From the NCBI GenBank assembly GCA_937889595.1, contig CALAOR010000089.1, positions 28,548 through 92,547 of the forward strand: a stretch of 64,000 bases of DNA. Reading direction: 5' to 3'. Below are positions 22,236 through 31,117 of the stretch, one piece after another (within the stretch, counting starts at the first letter, position 1; every line of letters begins with the position of its first letter). Position numbers and translations under genes: made by a program. The notes under the pieces are model-generated. The model worked only from the letters and a program-made list of their open reading frames with translations. It was not told the origin of the DNA and did not search any database. Source of the stretch: an uncultured bacterium. GTDB lineage: Bacteria > Oederibacteriota > PGYV01 > Palsa-1178.

Positions 22236-23765
22236 TTGGGGAAAATGGAGAGAAGGTTATCCAAACCACAAAAACAGAAAAAACTTAAGATATTGATCGC
22301 GGCCTCGGAAGTCGTGCCTTTTGCAAAGACAGGCGGCCTGGCTGATGTGACGGGCGCGCTGCCAAAGGCGCTGCGCAGCCTGGGACATGATGTGCGCGTG
22401 GTCATGCCGTTTTACCGCCAGATAGACCGGATAAAATACTGCATAAAGCAAACCGAAAAAAAGATAAGCATAAATATAGCCCTTGTCGACCACCCGGCTA
22501 TCATTCATGAAGGATTCCTGCCTGATTCAGATGTTCCGGTTTACTTTATTGATTGTAAAAGTTTTTTTGACAGGGAGGAAATATACCGCACATCCCGCGG
22601 CGAGTACTGGGATAATAACGAGCGTTTCATGTATTTTTCAAAGGCTGTTATTGAAATGATCAGGGTCTCGGACTGGGTGCCTGAAGTTATAAACTGCAAT
22701 GACTGGCATACGGGCCTGATCCCGGTATTCTTAAAAACAATATACGCTTTTGACCCGGCCTTAAAGGACATTGCCGCGGTTTACTCCATCCACAACATAG
22801 CCTACCAGGGTTTTGCCTCAAAAGACATGATATCCCACGCCGGCCTGCCATGGGACATATTTAACATGCACCAGCTTGAATTCTACGGCGGCATCAATTA
22901 CATGAAGGGCGGCATTGTATTCTCCGATGCAATCAATACGGTCTCGGAAAAATACAAGGAAGAAATAAAAACACCCGAATACAGTTATTACCTCGAAGGC
23001 GTATTGGCCGCAAGGGACAAGGATCTATTCGGCATCTTAAACGGTATAGACTACACGTCATGGGACCCGGCAACAGACAAGTGCCTGCCCGTAAACTATA
23101 CGCCAGAAAACATGGCCCCCAAGGAAGAAATAAAGAAAAAACTTCTCGGAGAATTCGGGTTAAAGTATTATGAAAATGTCCCGGTAATAGGCATGGTCTC
23201 AAGGCTGGACCAACAGAAGGGCCTTGATTTTATAGAAACCATAATTGAAGAAATGATGAAGTTAAACCTGCAGTTCGTGGTCTTAGGCACAGGCGAAGAG
23301 CATTATCACCGGCTGTTCCGTGAATTAACGGCAAGATATCCGGAAAAATTGGGCGTGTCCCTGAAATTTGACAACAGCACCGCACACAATATTTACGCAG
23401 GTTCTGACATGTTCCTGATGCCGTCCAGGTTTGAGCCCTGCGGCCTGGGCCAGCTGATATCGTTAAAGTACGGCACAGTCCCGATAGTAAGGGAAACAGG
23501 CGGCCTGGCAGACACCATTAAACAGTATGATTTTAAGGCCAAAAAAGGGAACGGCTTCACGTTCCAGGGTTACAACCCGTGGGACCTGTTCAGGGCCATA
23601 CACGTAGCCACAGACACATACAAAAACAAATCAGTATGGGAGAGGCTCCAGCAGGCCGGCATGAAAGAGAACTTCTCCTGGGACATAGCCGCGGCCAAAT
23701 ACGTGGAATTATACTACCTGGCAATACACAATAAAAACTTGAAAAATACCGAAAAATCTGTATAA
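22236..23765 (+). CDS. glgA: Glycogen (starch) synthase, ADP-glucose type
   Basis: The KTGGLADV motif and a GT-B C-terminal domain (EPCGL) are present. The exact start is uncertain. Confidence 0.85.
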   Translation: MGKMERRLSKPQKQKKLKILIAASEVVPFAKTGGLADVTGALPKALRSLGHDVRVVMPFYRQIDRIKYCIKQTEKKISINIALVDHPAIIHEGFLPDSDVPVYFIDCKSFFDREEIYRTSRGEYWDNNERFMYFSKAVIEMIRVSDWVPEVINCNDWHTGLIPVFLKTIYAFDPALKDIAAVYSIHNIAYQGFASKDMISHAGLPWDIFNMHQLEFYGGINYMKGGIVFSDAINTVSEKYKEEIKTPEYSYYLEGVLAARDKDLFGILNGIDYTSWDPATDKCLPVNYTPENMAPKEEIKKKLLGEFGLKYYENVPVIGMVSRLDQQKGLDFIETIIEEMMKLNLQFVVLGTGEEHYHRLFRELTARYPEKLGVSLKFDNSTAHNIYAGSDMFLMPSRFEPCGLGQLISLKYGTVPIVRETGGLADTIKQYDFKAKKGNGFTFQGYNPWDLFRAIHVATDTYKNKSVWERLQQAGMKENFSWDIAAAKYVELYYLAIHNKNLKNTEKSV

Positions 23766-23819
23766 TATCACAGTTTTATAAAATGTGATTTTCTGGATAA
23801 AAAAAAGAATATAGAGCAT

Positions 23820-23894
23820 GTCCCCATCGTCTAACGGTTAGGACACCGCCCTTTCACGGCGGTAATGGGAGTTCGATTCTCCCTGAGGACGCCA
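23820..23894 (+). tRNA. tRNA-Glu (anticodon UUC), CCA encoded
   Basis: The cloverleaf was folded by eye. The anticodon loop is CTTTCAC and the T-arm is GGGAGTTCGATTCTCCC. There is one C-A mismatch in the acceptor stem. Confidence 0.8.
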
Positions 23895-23930
23895 AAAACG
23901 ATGGCCAGCGTAAGCTGGCCATCGTTTTTG
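23895..23930 (+). terminator. Perfect hairpin terminator after tRNA-Glu
   Basis: The stem is aaaaacgatggccagc-gtaa-gctggccatcgttttt. Confidence 0.7.
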
Positions 23931-23935
23931 GCGGA

Positions 23936-24211
23936 GCAGATTGAGCAGGTTGAACAGTTGAGCAGGTTGACGAACTAATCTAAACAAACTCAACTGTTTG
24001 CCGCACCACCACGCAATCTGCGGTCAATCTGCTCAACCTGCTCAATCTGTTCAGGTTTTGGTTTCAAAACGTAGGGGGTGATAATTCAAGTTTTCCATAT
24101 GTGTTGAGCGTCAAAACTCACTGAATTTTATAATCTAAAACTCATTCTTCCGGTTTCATTCCGGCTTGTTTTTTGTCCTCTCCACCTGCTCAATCTGTTC
24201 AACTGTTCGAC
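23936..24211. repeat. Array of direct and inverted ~12-bp TGAGCAGGTTGA / TGCTCAA(C/T)CTG motifs at the tRNA-proximal edge of the AT-rich island
   Basis: The left arm spans 23936-23972 and the imperfect inverse arm 24012-24056. A further copy lies at 24183-24211. Confidence 0.6.
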
Positions 24212-24234
24212 TTCAAAATATATGGGGTAAGTTT

Positions 24235-24522
24235 ATGTTCATGTTCGAAAACCTGCAGGTCTACCAAAAGTCCGTAGACCTTGCCGAAAAGATCACATCC
24301 ATCACCCACGATTTCCCGAAAGGCTACTTCTACTTAACGGACCAGCTAAACCGGGCGATTCTCTCCGTAACCCTGAACATCACCGAAGGCAACGGCCGTT
24401 GGCATAAAAACGACCGCAAACATTTTTTCTATATCTCCCGGGGTTCGACCCAGGAGTGTGTGCCTATTCTGGAACTGTGCAGGCGCAAGAAACTTATTTC
24501 AGATGAGGTTAATATGGAATGA
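24235..24522 (+). CDS. Four-helix-bundle protein (23S rRNA intervening-sequence protein family)
   Basis: The sequence MFENLQVYQKSVDLAEKI...LNRAILSVTLNITEGNGRWHKNDRKHFFYISRGSTQECVPILEL is typical of PF05635. Confidence 0.7.
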   Translation: MFMFENLQVYQKSVDLAEKITSITHDFPKGYFYLTDQLNRAILSVTLNITEGNGRWHKNDRKHFFYISRGSTQECVPILELCRRKKLISDEVNME

Positions 24523-24644
24523 AAATAGGCTCGGAAAACTACAAAAACATTAAAGCAAAGGTCAAATTTTGCCGATAATGGTATAACGATGAAGTAGGCA
24601 CCACAATTGGTTGACTAATTGTCTAACTTATTGTAATATTCTTT

Positions 24645-25064
24645 ATGGGACAAATAAGGATAGATACAAAAAGTTATCAAAACATTGACTTGGCACGATA
24701 TCATTTTAGAAAGACACATAATTACTTTAATGTAGTGATAAGTAATATGTATTATGGAGTATTTCAACTAATAAAGCATAAGCTATATAATTGGTATATT
24801 AACAATCATCGCTCAACAAAAGAAGTTGATTTTTTTAAACACAGTGATATCAAAACAAGACTTAAAGAATATGCATTAGATAAACAGGTTGCAGGATATG
24901 CACCTCAAATACAAACAAGGGTTGAAGATTATTTGTATTCTCTTCGAGAAACGAGAAGAGTATCAGATTATCACTTTACAAGTCCTATCATAGAACACGA
25001 GGAATTTAGAACTTTACTGGTAAAAAGTAGATTTATAATAGAGGTAATGAATAAAATATTTTAG
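24645..25064 (+). CDS. Small alpha-helical protein of unknown function with a C-terminal Rx4-6H motif (possible HEPN-like domain); first gene of a tight three-gene cassette
   Basis: It is 139 aa and AT-rich, with the motif RETRRVSDYH near the C-terminus. No other recognisable family. Confidence 0.4.
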   Translation: MGQIRIDTKSYQNIDLARYHFRKTHNYFNVVISNMYYGVFQLIKHKLYNWYINNHRSTKEVDFFKHSDIKTRLKEYALDKQVAGYAPQIQTRVEDYLYSLRETRRVSDYHFTSPIIEHEEFRTLLVKSRFIIEVMNKIF

Positions 25065-25071
25065 GAGAATT

Positions 25072-25581
25072 ATGAGAAAAAATGATGCAGTGATAAGCCG
25101 AATAAAGGATGAATTAAAGGAAAAGTTTAGCCCTAAAAAGTTAGTTTCTAAATTTGATTCTGATTCGCAAGAATACGTTATAATGGTTGATAGAAAAACC
25201 ATTAGGCGTAAAGATTTTGCAGAATGGAGCGTTAGGCTATTAGATGATGTTAGAAAAATGAATATTAATTTAGTTTTCACGTCACATATTCCCGTGGAAA
25301 CTTTAACCGAATATAAGAAGGTTGGTATATATTCGGAAATGTTAAAAACAATTTGGAGTTCTTTCGAAAAGTTAGAAAAAGTAGATGTAAAATTAGAGTT
25401 TGTTTCGGAAAATGTATCAGGTGACTATGGATGGAATAAGTTTTTGGTAAAAAGCCAGATGAAAACTCAAAATAAAATTGCAACGAATGATTTTGGATTA
25501 AATAGAGTGGAAGTTAAAAAAGTTATCAATACGGAATTAACAACGATTAAATTTCAAAGGGACTTTGCGGTGGCGGCATAA
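25072..25581 (+). CDS. Hypothetical protein, second gene of the cassette
   Basis: It is 169 aa. An RBS (aggag) lies 7 nt after the upstream stop, and its stop overlaps the start of the next gene. Confidence 0.45.
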   Translation: MRKNDAVISRIKDELKEKFSPKKLVSKFDSDSQEYVIMVDRKTIRRKDFAEWSVRLLDDVRKMNINLVFTSHIPVETLTEYKKVGIYSEMLKTIWSSFEKLEKVDVKLEFVSENVSGDYGWNKFLVKSQMKTQNKIATNDFGLNRVEVKKVINTELTTIKFQRDFAVAA

Positions 25582-26057
25582 TGTCTGAAAACCAGAATAA
25601 CAATATCAATATAAGCACAATACTTTTAGAAGAGTTAGAATTTAAGCGTAAACCAAACGTGCCTGATTATTTAATTGATGCATCGAAGTTTGATGCAGGT
25701 AAATTAGATTTTGCAACGTCGATAGAAAGGGCATTCTCCGAAAAAGGGGATGCGTTAATATTAAGAGTTAGAATTGCGATTACTGAAAAGGATGTTGCAG
25801 AACCGACGTTTAATCTTGTCTGTAAGATGGTTGGAATATTTAGTCAGGAAGAATCAGGCAGTATTTCTCTTGAAAAATTTGCCGAATATAATGCACCTGC
25901 TATAATAATTCCTTATATGAGAGAAGTCATAAGCAGTATATCAACGAAAGCAGGAATAATACCAATTATAATTCCACCACTAAATTTAATTAAAATGATA
26001 AATGAAGCAAAGACCATTCCTGGTGACGATAAGAAATTAATGCAAGATAAAAAATAA
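25581..26057 (+). CDS. Hypothetical protein, third gene of the cassette
   Basis: It is 158 aa. Its start overlaps the previous stop in a TAATG arrangement. Confidence 0.45.
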   Translation: MSENQNNNINISTILLEELEFKRKPNVPDYLIDASKFDAGKLDFATSIERAFSEKGDALILRVRIAITEKDVAEPTFNLVCKMVGIFSQEESGSISLEKFAEYNAPAIIIPYMREVISSISTKAGIIPIIIPPLNLIKMINEAKTIPGDDKKLMQDKK

Positions 26058-26144
26058 TTCCGATAGTCTATTATATAAGATAATCGGTTTCTCCGTCCTC
26101 ATCCAGTTGCGAATGTCGTCTATCTTGGAACGCCAATACAGAAG

Positions 26145-26177
26145 AGCCGTTTTGTCACAAGCAGAACGGCTTTTTTT
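26145..26177 (+). terminator. Rho-independent terminator downstream of the three-gene cassette
   Basis: The hairpin gccgttttgtcacaagcagaacggc is followed by a T-run. Confidence 0.55.
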
Positions 26178-26253
26178 CGTTATGGGACAAGGTTAATCCA
26201 AATAGACAAAAGTTCAAGTTTTATCCATCAAAACAGACAGGCAGACCGACCGA

Positions 26254-26311
26254 CCAACCAACCAACCAACCAACCAACCAACCAACCAACCAACCAACCA
26301 ACCAACCAACA
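26254..26311. repeat. Tetranucleotide microsatellite, (CCAA)~14
   Basis: ccaaccaacc... runs uninterrupted for about 56 nt, preceded by (gacc)3. Confidence 0.9.
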
Positions 26312-26437
26312 CTCGAACTTTAACCTTGCCTTTGTTATTTGTGGTGGCAAAATATGAATAGGATGAGAAATAAAGGGGAAAAATTAATAATCAACTCACA
26401 CCGGCTCACCCATCACATATTCGCTGGAGGCTTATAA

Positions 26438-27073
26438 ATGGAAATAAAAAATATGGTAATTATTGTTCTTTTATCAGTTTGTATTTTTATTTCTTGTCAG
26501 GGGAAGGATAAAAAGGTAAAACAAGCAGAGAATAATCAGTCAAAAAATAACCAGCATCTTTATACGGATATAACCCGGGTTGAAGAGGATATTCCAACTC
26601 AAGTTGAAAATGCTACTCCAACAGAAAACAAACAATATACTATTAAAGGCATTGAACAAATTCGTAACGACATTTTAAAAGAATCAGTACTCAATTTCTG
26701 TAAATTTACCAAAAAGCAAAATTACTCGGCTATTTATAAATATTTGTCAAAGGGTTATTTTGAATTACTACCTTCTAAGACTAAAATTAAGACAGCCAAT
26801 CAGTATATCGATTTTATGCGTAATTCATCGGAGATGGAAGAGACAAAAACTGACAAATTTTTGAAAATTATGAGCGTGCAATACATTGATGTCGCAACGG
26901 CCTATGTTGAAATTGTAAGCGAAGCGATTAACGAAGGTGACTATCATAAAGTTAAATCGATTTATGTTTTTAAAATGGAAAATGGAATATGGAAATTTGA
27001 CGGCATAGTTTTAAAAAGCATTAAAATCATTAAAACCATTCTTAATCGAGATATGGAAGAAACCCCTATGTAA
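26438..27073 (+). CDS. Lipoprotein of unknown function (possible NTF2-like/DUF4878-type fold)
   Basis: A signal peptide with lipobox (FISC) is present and the gene is AT-rich. The C-terminal segment reads DYHKVKSIYVFKMENGIWKFDGIVL. Confidence 0.4.
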   Translation: MEIKNMVIIVLLSVCIFISCQGKDKKVKQAENNQSKNNQHLYTDITRVEEDIPTQVENATPTENKQYTIKGIEQIRNDILKESVLNFCKFTKKQNYSAIYKYLSKGYFELLPSKTKIKTANQYIDFMRNSSEMEETKTDKFLKIMSVQYIDVATAYVEIVSEAINEGDYHKVKSIYVFKMENGIWKFDGIVLKSIKIIKTILNRDMEETPM

Positions 27074-27115
27074 GTTTACAATCAAGCCAACTGCAAATAA
27101 AAAACAAAGGAGCCT

Positions 27116-27418
27116 GTGCATATGCCGGTCTTAAAACCCAAAAGCAAAGCCGTAAGCGCCTTCATAAGGCGGTACCCCCCAAATGTCAGGAAAACACTTG
27201 AAAAGATCCGTGAAACCGTGCGAAAGGCTGCTCCGGCTGCTGAAGAAACCATCAGTTACATGATGCCGGCTTATAAACTGAACGGGATCCTGGTTTACTT
27301 TTCCGGATTTAAGGACCACATCAGTTTTTTCCCGACCTCCTCGGGGATAAAGGCGTTTAAAACGGAACTGTCCGGCTACGACCTGTCAAAAGGCACGGTG
27401 CATTTCCAGCCGGATTAA
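27116..27418 (+). CDS. DUF1801 (YdhG-like) domain protein
   Basis: The motif EETISYMMPAYKLNGILVYFSGFKDHISFFPT is characteristic of PF08818. Confidence 0.6.
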   Translation: MHMPVLKPKSKAVSAFIRRYPPNVRKTLEKIRETVRKAAPAAEETISYMMPAYKLNGILVYFSGFKDHISFFPTSSGIKAFKTELSGYDLSKGTVHFQPD

Positions 27419-27607
27419 CCCATACCATATGGTTTGATAACTAAAATCGTAAAATTCAGGGTTAAGGAAAATTTTATAGCAAAGAAAAAAAACGCATAAA
27501 CTACCGCGTTATTTCGGAGTAAAATGTGCAGCTTTTATGGAACTTTTTTGGGTTTTAACTGTCCAATATATATCTATATTTATAAGCCCAAAACCAGAGG
27601 TGAAAAG

Positions 27608-28900
27608 ATGAAAAAAGCAATGTCCGCAGTTTTAGTTATGATCAGTTTCTTGTTTTTTGTGGTATTATCCCAGGGCTGCGCCGCTAAGCACACGCCGGCT
27701 TCTGTAACAGGCGCTGACAATTCCGCAACAATCCAGTCATGCGTACCTAAAAAAGGCAATAATGTTTTTGCCGGCGATTTTTATGCCAAATGCAAGGACA
27801 CCACAAGCGGAAATGTGTTTTTCTCGCCTTATTCGATTTTTTCCGCGCTTTCAATGACATACGAAGGGGCAAAAGGCGCCACGGCTGACCAGATGGCTGC
27901 CGTGTTGCACCTTCCGAGCGATTCGGCTGCGCGCTTGGCCGGATTTGTCGAGCTTATGGGAGCCATTAACGCGCCCGGGAAAAATTACACTCTTAGTACG
28001 GCAAACAACCTCTGGCTTCAGACGGATTTCACTGTTTATCCGAGTTATACCTCTGTACTCACGCAGTATTACCTTGCTACTATCACGCTTCTTGATTTTG
28101 TGAATGATACGGAAAATTCGAGGTTGACCATAAACAATACGGTGGCAAACGAGACAAATAATAAAATAACAGACCTCTTGCCGTCCGGCACCATTACGAA
28201 TAAAACACGGCTTGTACTTACCAATGCGATTTATATGAAGGCTGACTGGGCGATCAAGTTCAAGGCGGCACTTACAATTACCGATAATTTCAATACCACT
28301 GCCTCAACGCCGGTTAAGGTATCCATGATGAGCCAGACTCTTGGAGGCAGCATAGAGGATTATTACGGCGCAGCGCAGGTATATGAGATGCCTTATGTGA
28401 ACAATGAACTTTCAATGTTCATCTTTTTGCCGCTCCAGGGCCAGATGGCAGGCCTGGAAAGCGTTATGACAGGGAACAAGTTAAATGACTGGTTCGCGGC
28501 CAGGACAGCTCCCGCGGCTCTGATAATAGGCGGGGTTGAGGTAATACTCCCGAAATTCACATTTACGGAAAACTATGACCTTACATCAGTACTGCCGGCT
28601 ATGGGAATGCCGCTGGCGTTTTCGGAAACTGGCGCTGATTTTACGGGCATAGCAAAGATCCCGGGCAAAAATCTTTATATTTCAAAGGTGCTGCATAAGG
28701 CTTTTGTGTCCGTTGACGAAGCGGGAACAGAAGCTGCCGCGGCCACGGCCGTGATAATTACGGTAATCACTTCAATCGCAACACAACCCCTTATCCCGCA
28801 GATTTTCAGGGTTGACCATCCGTTTATTTTCGTGATAAGGGAAAACACCACGAACGCGATTCTTTTCATGGGCAGGGTAATGGACCCGACGGCAAATTAA
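27608..28900 (+). CDS. Serpin (serine protease inhibitor), probable lipoprotein
   Basis: A lipobox (LSQGC) is present. Serpin blocks include NVFFSPYSIFSALSMTYEGAKG and LVLTNAIYMKADW. The reactive-centre hinge is GTEAAAATA and the C-terminal block is VDHPFIFVIRE. Confidence 0.8.
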   Translation: MKKAMSAVLVMISFLFFVVLSQGCAAKHTPASVTGADNSATIQSCVPKKGNNVFAGDFYAKCKDTTSGNVFFSPYSIFSALSMTYEGAKGATADQMAAVLHLPSDSAARLAGFVELMGAINAPGKNYTLSTANNLWLQTDFTVYPSYTSVLTQYYLATITLLDFVNDTENSRLTINNTVANETNNKITDLLPSGTITNKTRLVLTNAIYMKADWAIKFKAALTITDNFNTTASTPVKVSMMSQTLGGSIEDYYGAAQVYEMPYVNNELSMFIFLPLQGQMAGLESVMTGNKLNDWFAARTAPAALIIGGVEVILPKFTFTENYDLTSVLPAMGMPLAFSETGADFTGIAKIPGKNLYISKVLHKAFVSVDEAGTEAAAATAVIITVITSIATQPLIPQIFRVDHPFIFVIRENTTNAILFMGRVMDPTAN

Positions 28901-28976
28901 GGATATAAAGGCAAATCAAAGCAACTGTCCTGTGTGCAGCAGGGGAATAAACGCAGATTCTTCCCGTTTAAAACCA

Positions 28977-29004
28977 TTGACACATCCGCTTCTTCCTTTA
29001 TAAT
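28977..29004 (+). promoter_or_regulatory. Near-consensus sigma70 promoter (TTGACA-16-TATAAT) upstream of the GH13 gene
   Basis: ttgaca lies at 28977-28982 and tataat at 28999-29004. Confidence 0.5.
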
Positions 29005-29035
29005 AAAACAGTAAACCAATATCACGGAGGCGCTT

Positions 29036-30523
29036 GTGGCTGCGTACAAGGACAAAACACCTGACTGGGCAAAAAACTCCATAGGATACATTTGTTTTGT
29101 GGATTCTTTTGCCTCGTCTGTGACTGACCCGCAGGGGAAAAAGGAAATATACACAGGCGACGCTTACGGCGAGAAAATAACCAAGCTTCAATGGCATGAA
29201 AAAGACCCCACGCTCCACCATAACAGCGGTTTTTACGGCGGCGACCTGAATGGTGCGGCATATGCCTCTGATTATCTAAAGGAACTCGGTGTTGACCTGA
29301 TTTATCTTACCCCTGTATTTAAAGCCCTCAGCAACCACAAATACGACACTCTCGACCACCTGAGCATAGACCCCCATTTCGGGGATATTAATGATTTCAA
29401 AGATATGGTTAAAACTTTTCATTCCAAAGGCATTAAGGTCATTATTGACGGCGTATTTAACCATACAAGTTCCGAACATGAGTGGTATAAAAAGGCAAAA
29501 GCAGGCGACCCGAAATATAAGGCTATGTATCAGGTGAATAAGGAAGGCTACTTCATGGTATGGAACGGGATTGAAACCCTGCCTGTTCTCAACCAGGAAA
29601 ACGCTGATGTAATAGAATATCTATACAGCGGAAAAAACAGCGTGGTGAAGTACTGGTTAAAGCAGGGCGCGGATGGGTGGCGGCTTGATGTGGCTGAGCG
29701 GCTCGGAATAAAGTCGCTTGAAAGGATAAGGACGGCGATAAAAGAAACAGATGAGGACAAACTGCTCATTGGCGAGGTTGTCGAAACATACGGGAAAGAG
29801 TGGCTCGCAGACGGGCTTTTGGACGGCGTCATGAATTATGTTTTCAGGGGGACAACAGCGAACTTTATGACGGGGAAGATAGACGGCAAGAACTATATGG
29901 CGGAACTGGTGAAAATGTACGGGGAATACCCTGAAGAAAAACTGCGCGCAAGCTGGAACTTGATCTCGACCCACGACACAAACCGGCTGCTGTATGATGT
30001 GGGAAATGACGAGGGCTTGTTTAAGATAGCTGTGGCGCTGCAGTTTACCTATCCTGGCGCGCCCATGATATATTTCGGCGATGAGCTTGGCACCACAAAG
30101 GGCCAAAAAGAAGAGGAAAACCGCATGGGTCTTGACTGGGAAGTGGTGAACAGCTATGAGAAGTATTCGGCGGGATCTCCCATGGAGTGGGGGAAAGTGA
30201 ACAGGTACAACAGTTTCCACGGGTTTTACAAGCACATGATATGGATCAGAAAAAGTTTAAGCGCGCTTAATGACGGCGATTTTATCGAATCCTACGCTTC
30301 TGAAAATGTGCTGGCCTTTTTCAGGAGCAACAAAGACAGCATTGTATTTGTGATAATTAACAAAGGCAATGATATTTCAGTCAGACTTAATATACCTGAA
30401 TCGATCATAAGCAGGGCAGGGCAGTTAAAATGTATTTACGGCGGCAACGGATACTTTAAGCCTGACAGAAATATGATAGATTTCTACATTGGCGGCAGGA
30501 ACGCCTATATTTTTGCGGGATAA
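29036..30523 (+). CDS. Glycoside hydrolase family 13 alpha-glucan hydrolase (cyclomaltodextrinase / alpha-glucosidase-like)
   Basis: It uses a GTG start after a ggagg RBS. GH13 conserved regions present are VIIDGVFNHTS, DGWRLDVA, LIGEV and ISTHDTNR. Confidence 0.75.
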   Translation: MAAYKDKTPDWAKNSIGYICFVDSFASSVTDPQGKKEIYTGDAYGEKITKLQWHEKDPTLHHNSGFYGGDLNGAAYASDYLKELGVDLIYLTPVFKALSNHKYDTLDHLSIDPHFGDINDFKDMVKTFHSKGIKVIIDGVFNHTSSEHEWYKKAKAGDPKYKAMYQVNKEGYFMVWNGIETLPVLNQENADVIEYLYSGKNSVVKYWLKQGADGWRLDVAERLGIKSLERIRTAIKETDEDKLLIGEVVETYGKEWLADGLLDGVMNYVFRGTTANFMTGKIDGKNYMAELVKMYGEYPEEKLRASWNLISTHDTNRLLYDVGNDEGLFKIAVALQFTYPGAPMIYFGDELGTTKGQKEEENRMGLDWEVVNSYEKYSAGSPMEWGKVNRYNSFHGFYKHMIWIRKSLSALNDGDFIESYASENVLAFFRSNKDSIVFVIINKGNDISVRLNIPESIISRAGQLKCIYGGNGYFKPDRNMIDFYIGGRNAYIFAG

Positions 30524-30594
30524 AAGCATTTGATAAATATCAAAACTTAAGTTACAATCTATACGAAGTTAATTAATATATAACGGAGTTAAAA

Positions 30595-30966
30595 ATGCCA
30601 ATAGGCGAGATGTATATGGACAGGCGAAAGCATAAGAGGGCGCAGGCAAAACTCACCGTGACTTACAGGGTCATGTCTGATGATGAGTTTGAAAAGCCCG
30701 TGCCTGAAACCGAAAGGCGCCGCAAAGTTGAAACTGAAGACATAAGCACAACAGGATTGCAGCTCATATGTGATGAAGAAATAGGAAAGGATAAAATAGT
30801 AAGGCTTGACGTAGACATGGACAACACGGGAGGGACCCTTGCGACTTTCGCGGAAGTCAAATGGGCAAGGCGGGATGATGCCTTAAAAAAATACAGGGTT
30901 GGCCTGCAATTTCTGGTCGTAAAAGAAGACCACATAGCGGCAATCAGGAAGATAACAGGAGAATAG
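30595..30966 (+). CDS. PilZ domain protein (c-di-GMP binding)
   Basis: The RRKHKR (RxxxR) and DISTTG (DxSxxG) motifs are present. Confidence 0.65.
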   Translation: MPIGEMYMDRRKHKRAQAKLTVTYRVMSDDEFEKPVPETERRRKVETEDISTTGLQLICDEEIGKDKIVRLDVDMDNTGGTLATFAEVKWARRDDALKKYRVGLQFLVVKEDHIAAIRKITGE

Positions 30967-31117
30967 TTCATATTCTCCGGAAAAAACGCGAATAAAATAT
31001 GGGAAAAAGCATTTTGAAAGTTTTATGTCAGTTTTTAATTGACATCGTCTAAAATAGAGGTATAATGTATAGACACAACAGGATACTAAATTATCTTCTT
31101 TACAGGAGGTTGTTTGC

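Noticed and set aside
24183-24215. Possible LexA/Cheo-type box (cgaacagttgaacag) upstream of the four-helix-bundle gene
   Set aside because: The sequence is GAAC-N4-GAAC, not the palindromic GAAC-N4-GTTC. It belongs to the local TGCTCAA(C/T)CTG repeat array instead.
26254-26311. Considered whether the CCAA tract, or the heptamer array at 12241..12375, could be a CRISPR array
   Set aside because: The units are 4-7 bp with no unique spacers of 25-40 bp and no cas genes. They are simple tandem repeats.
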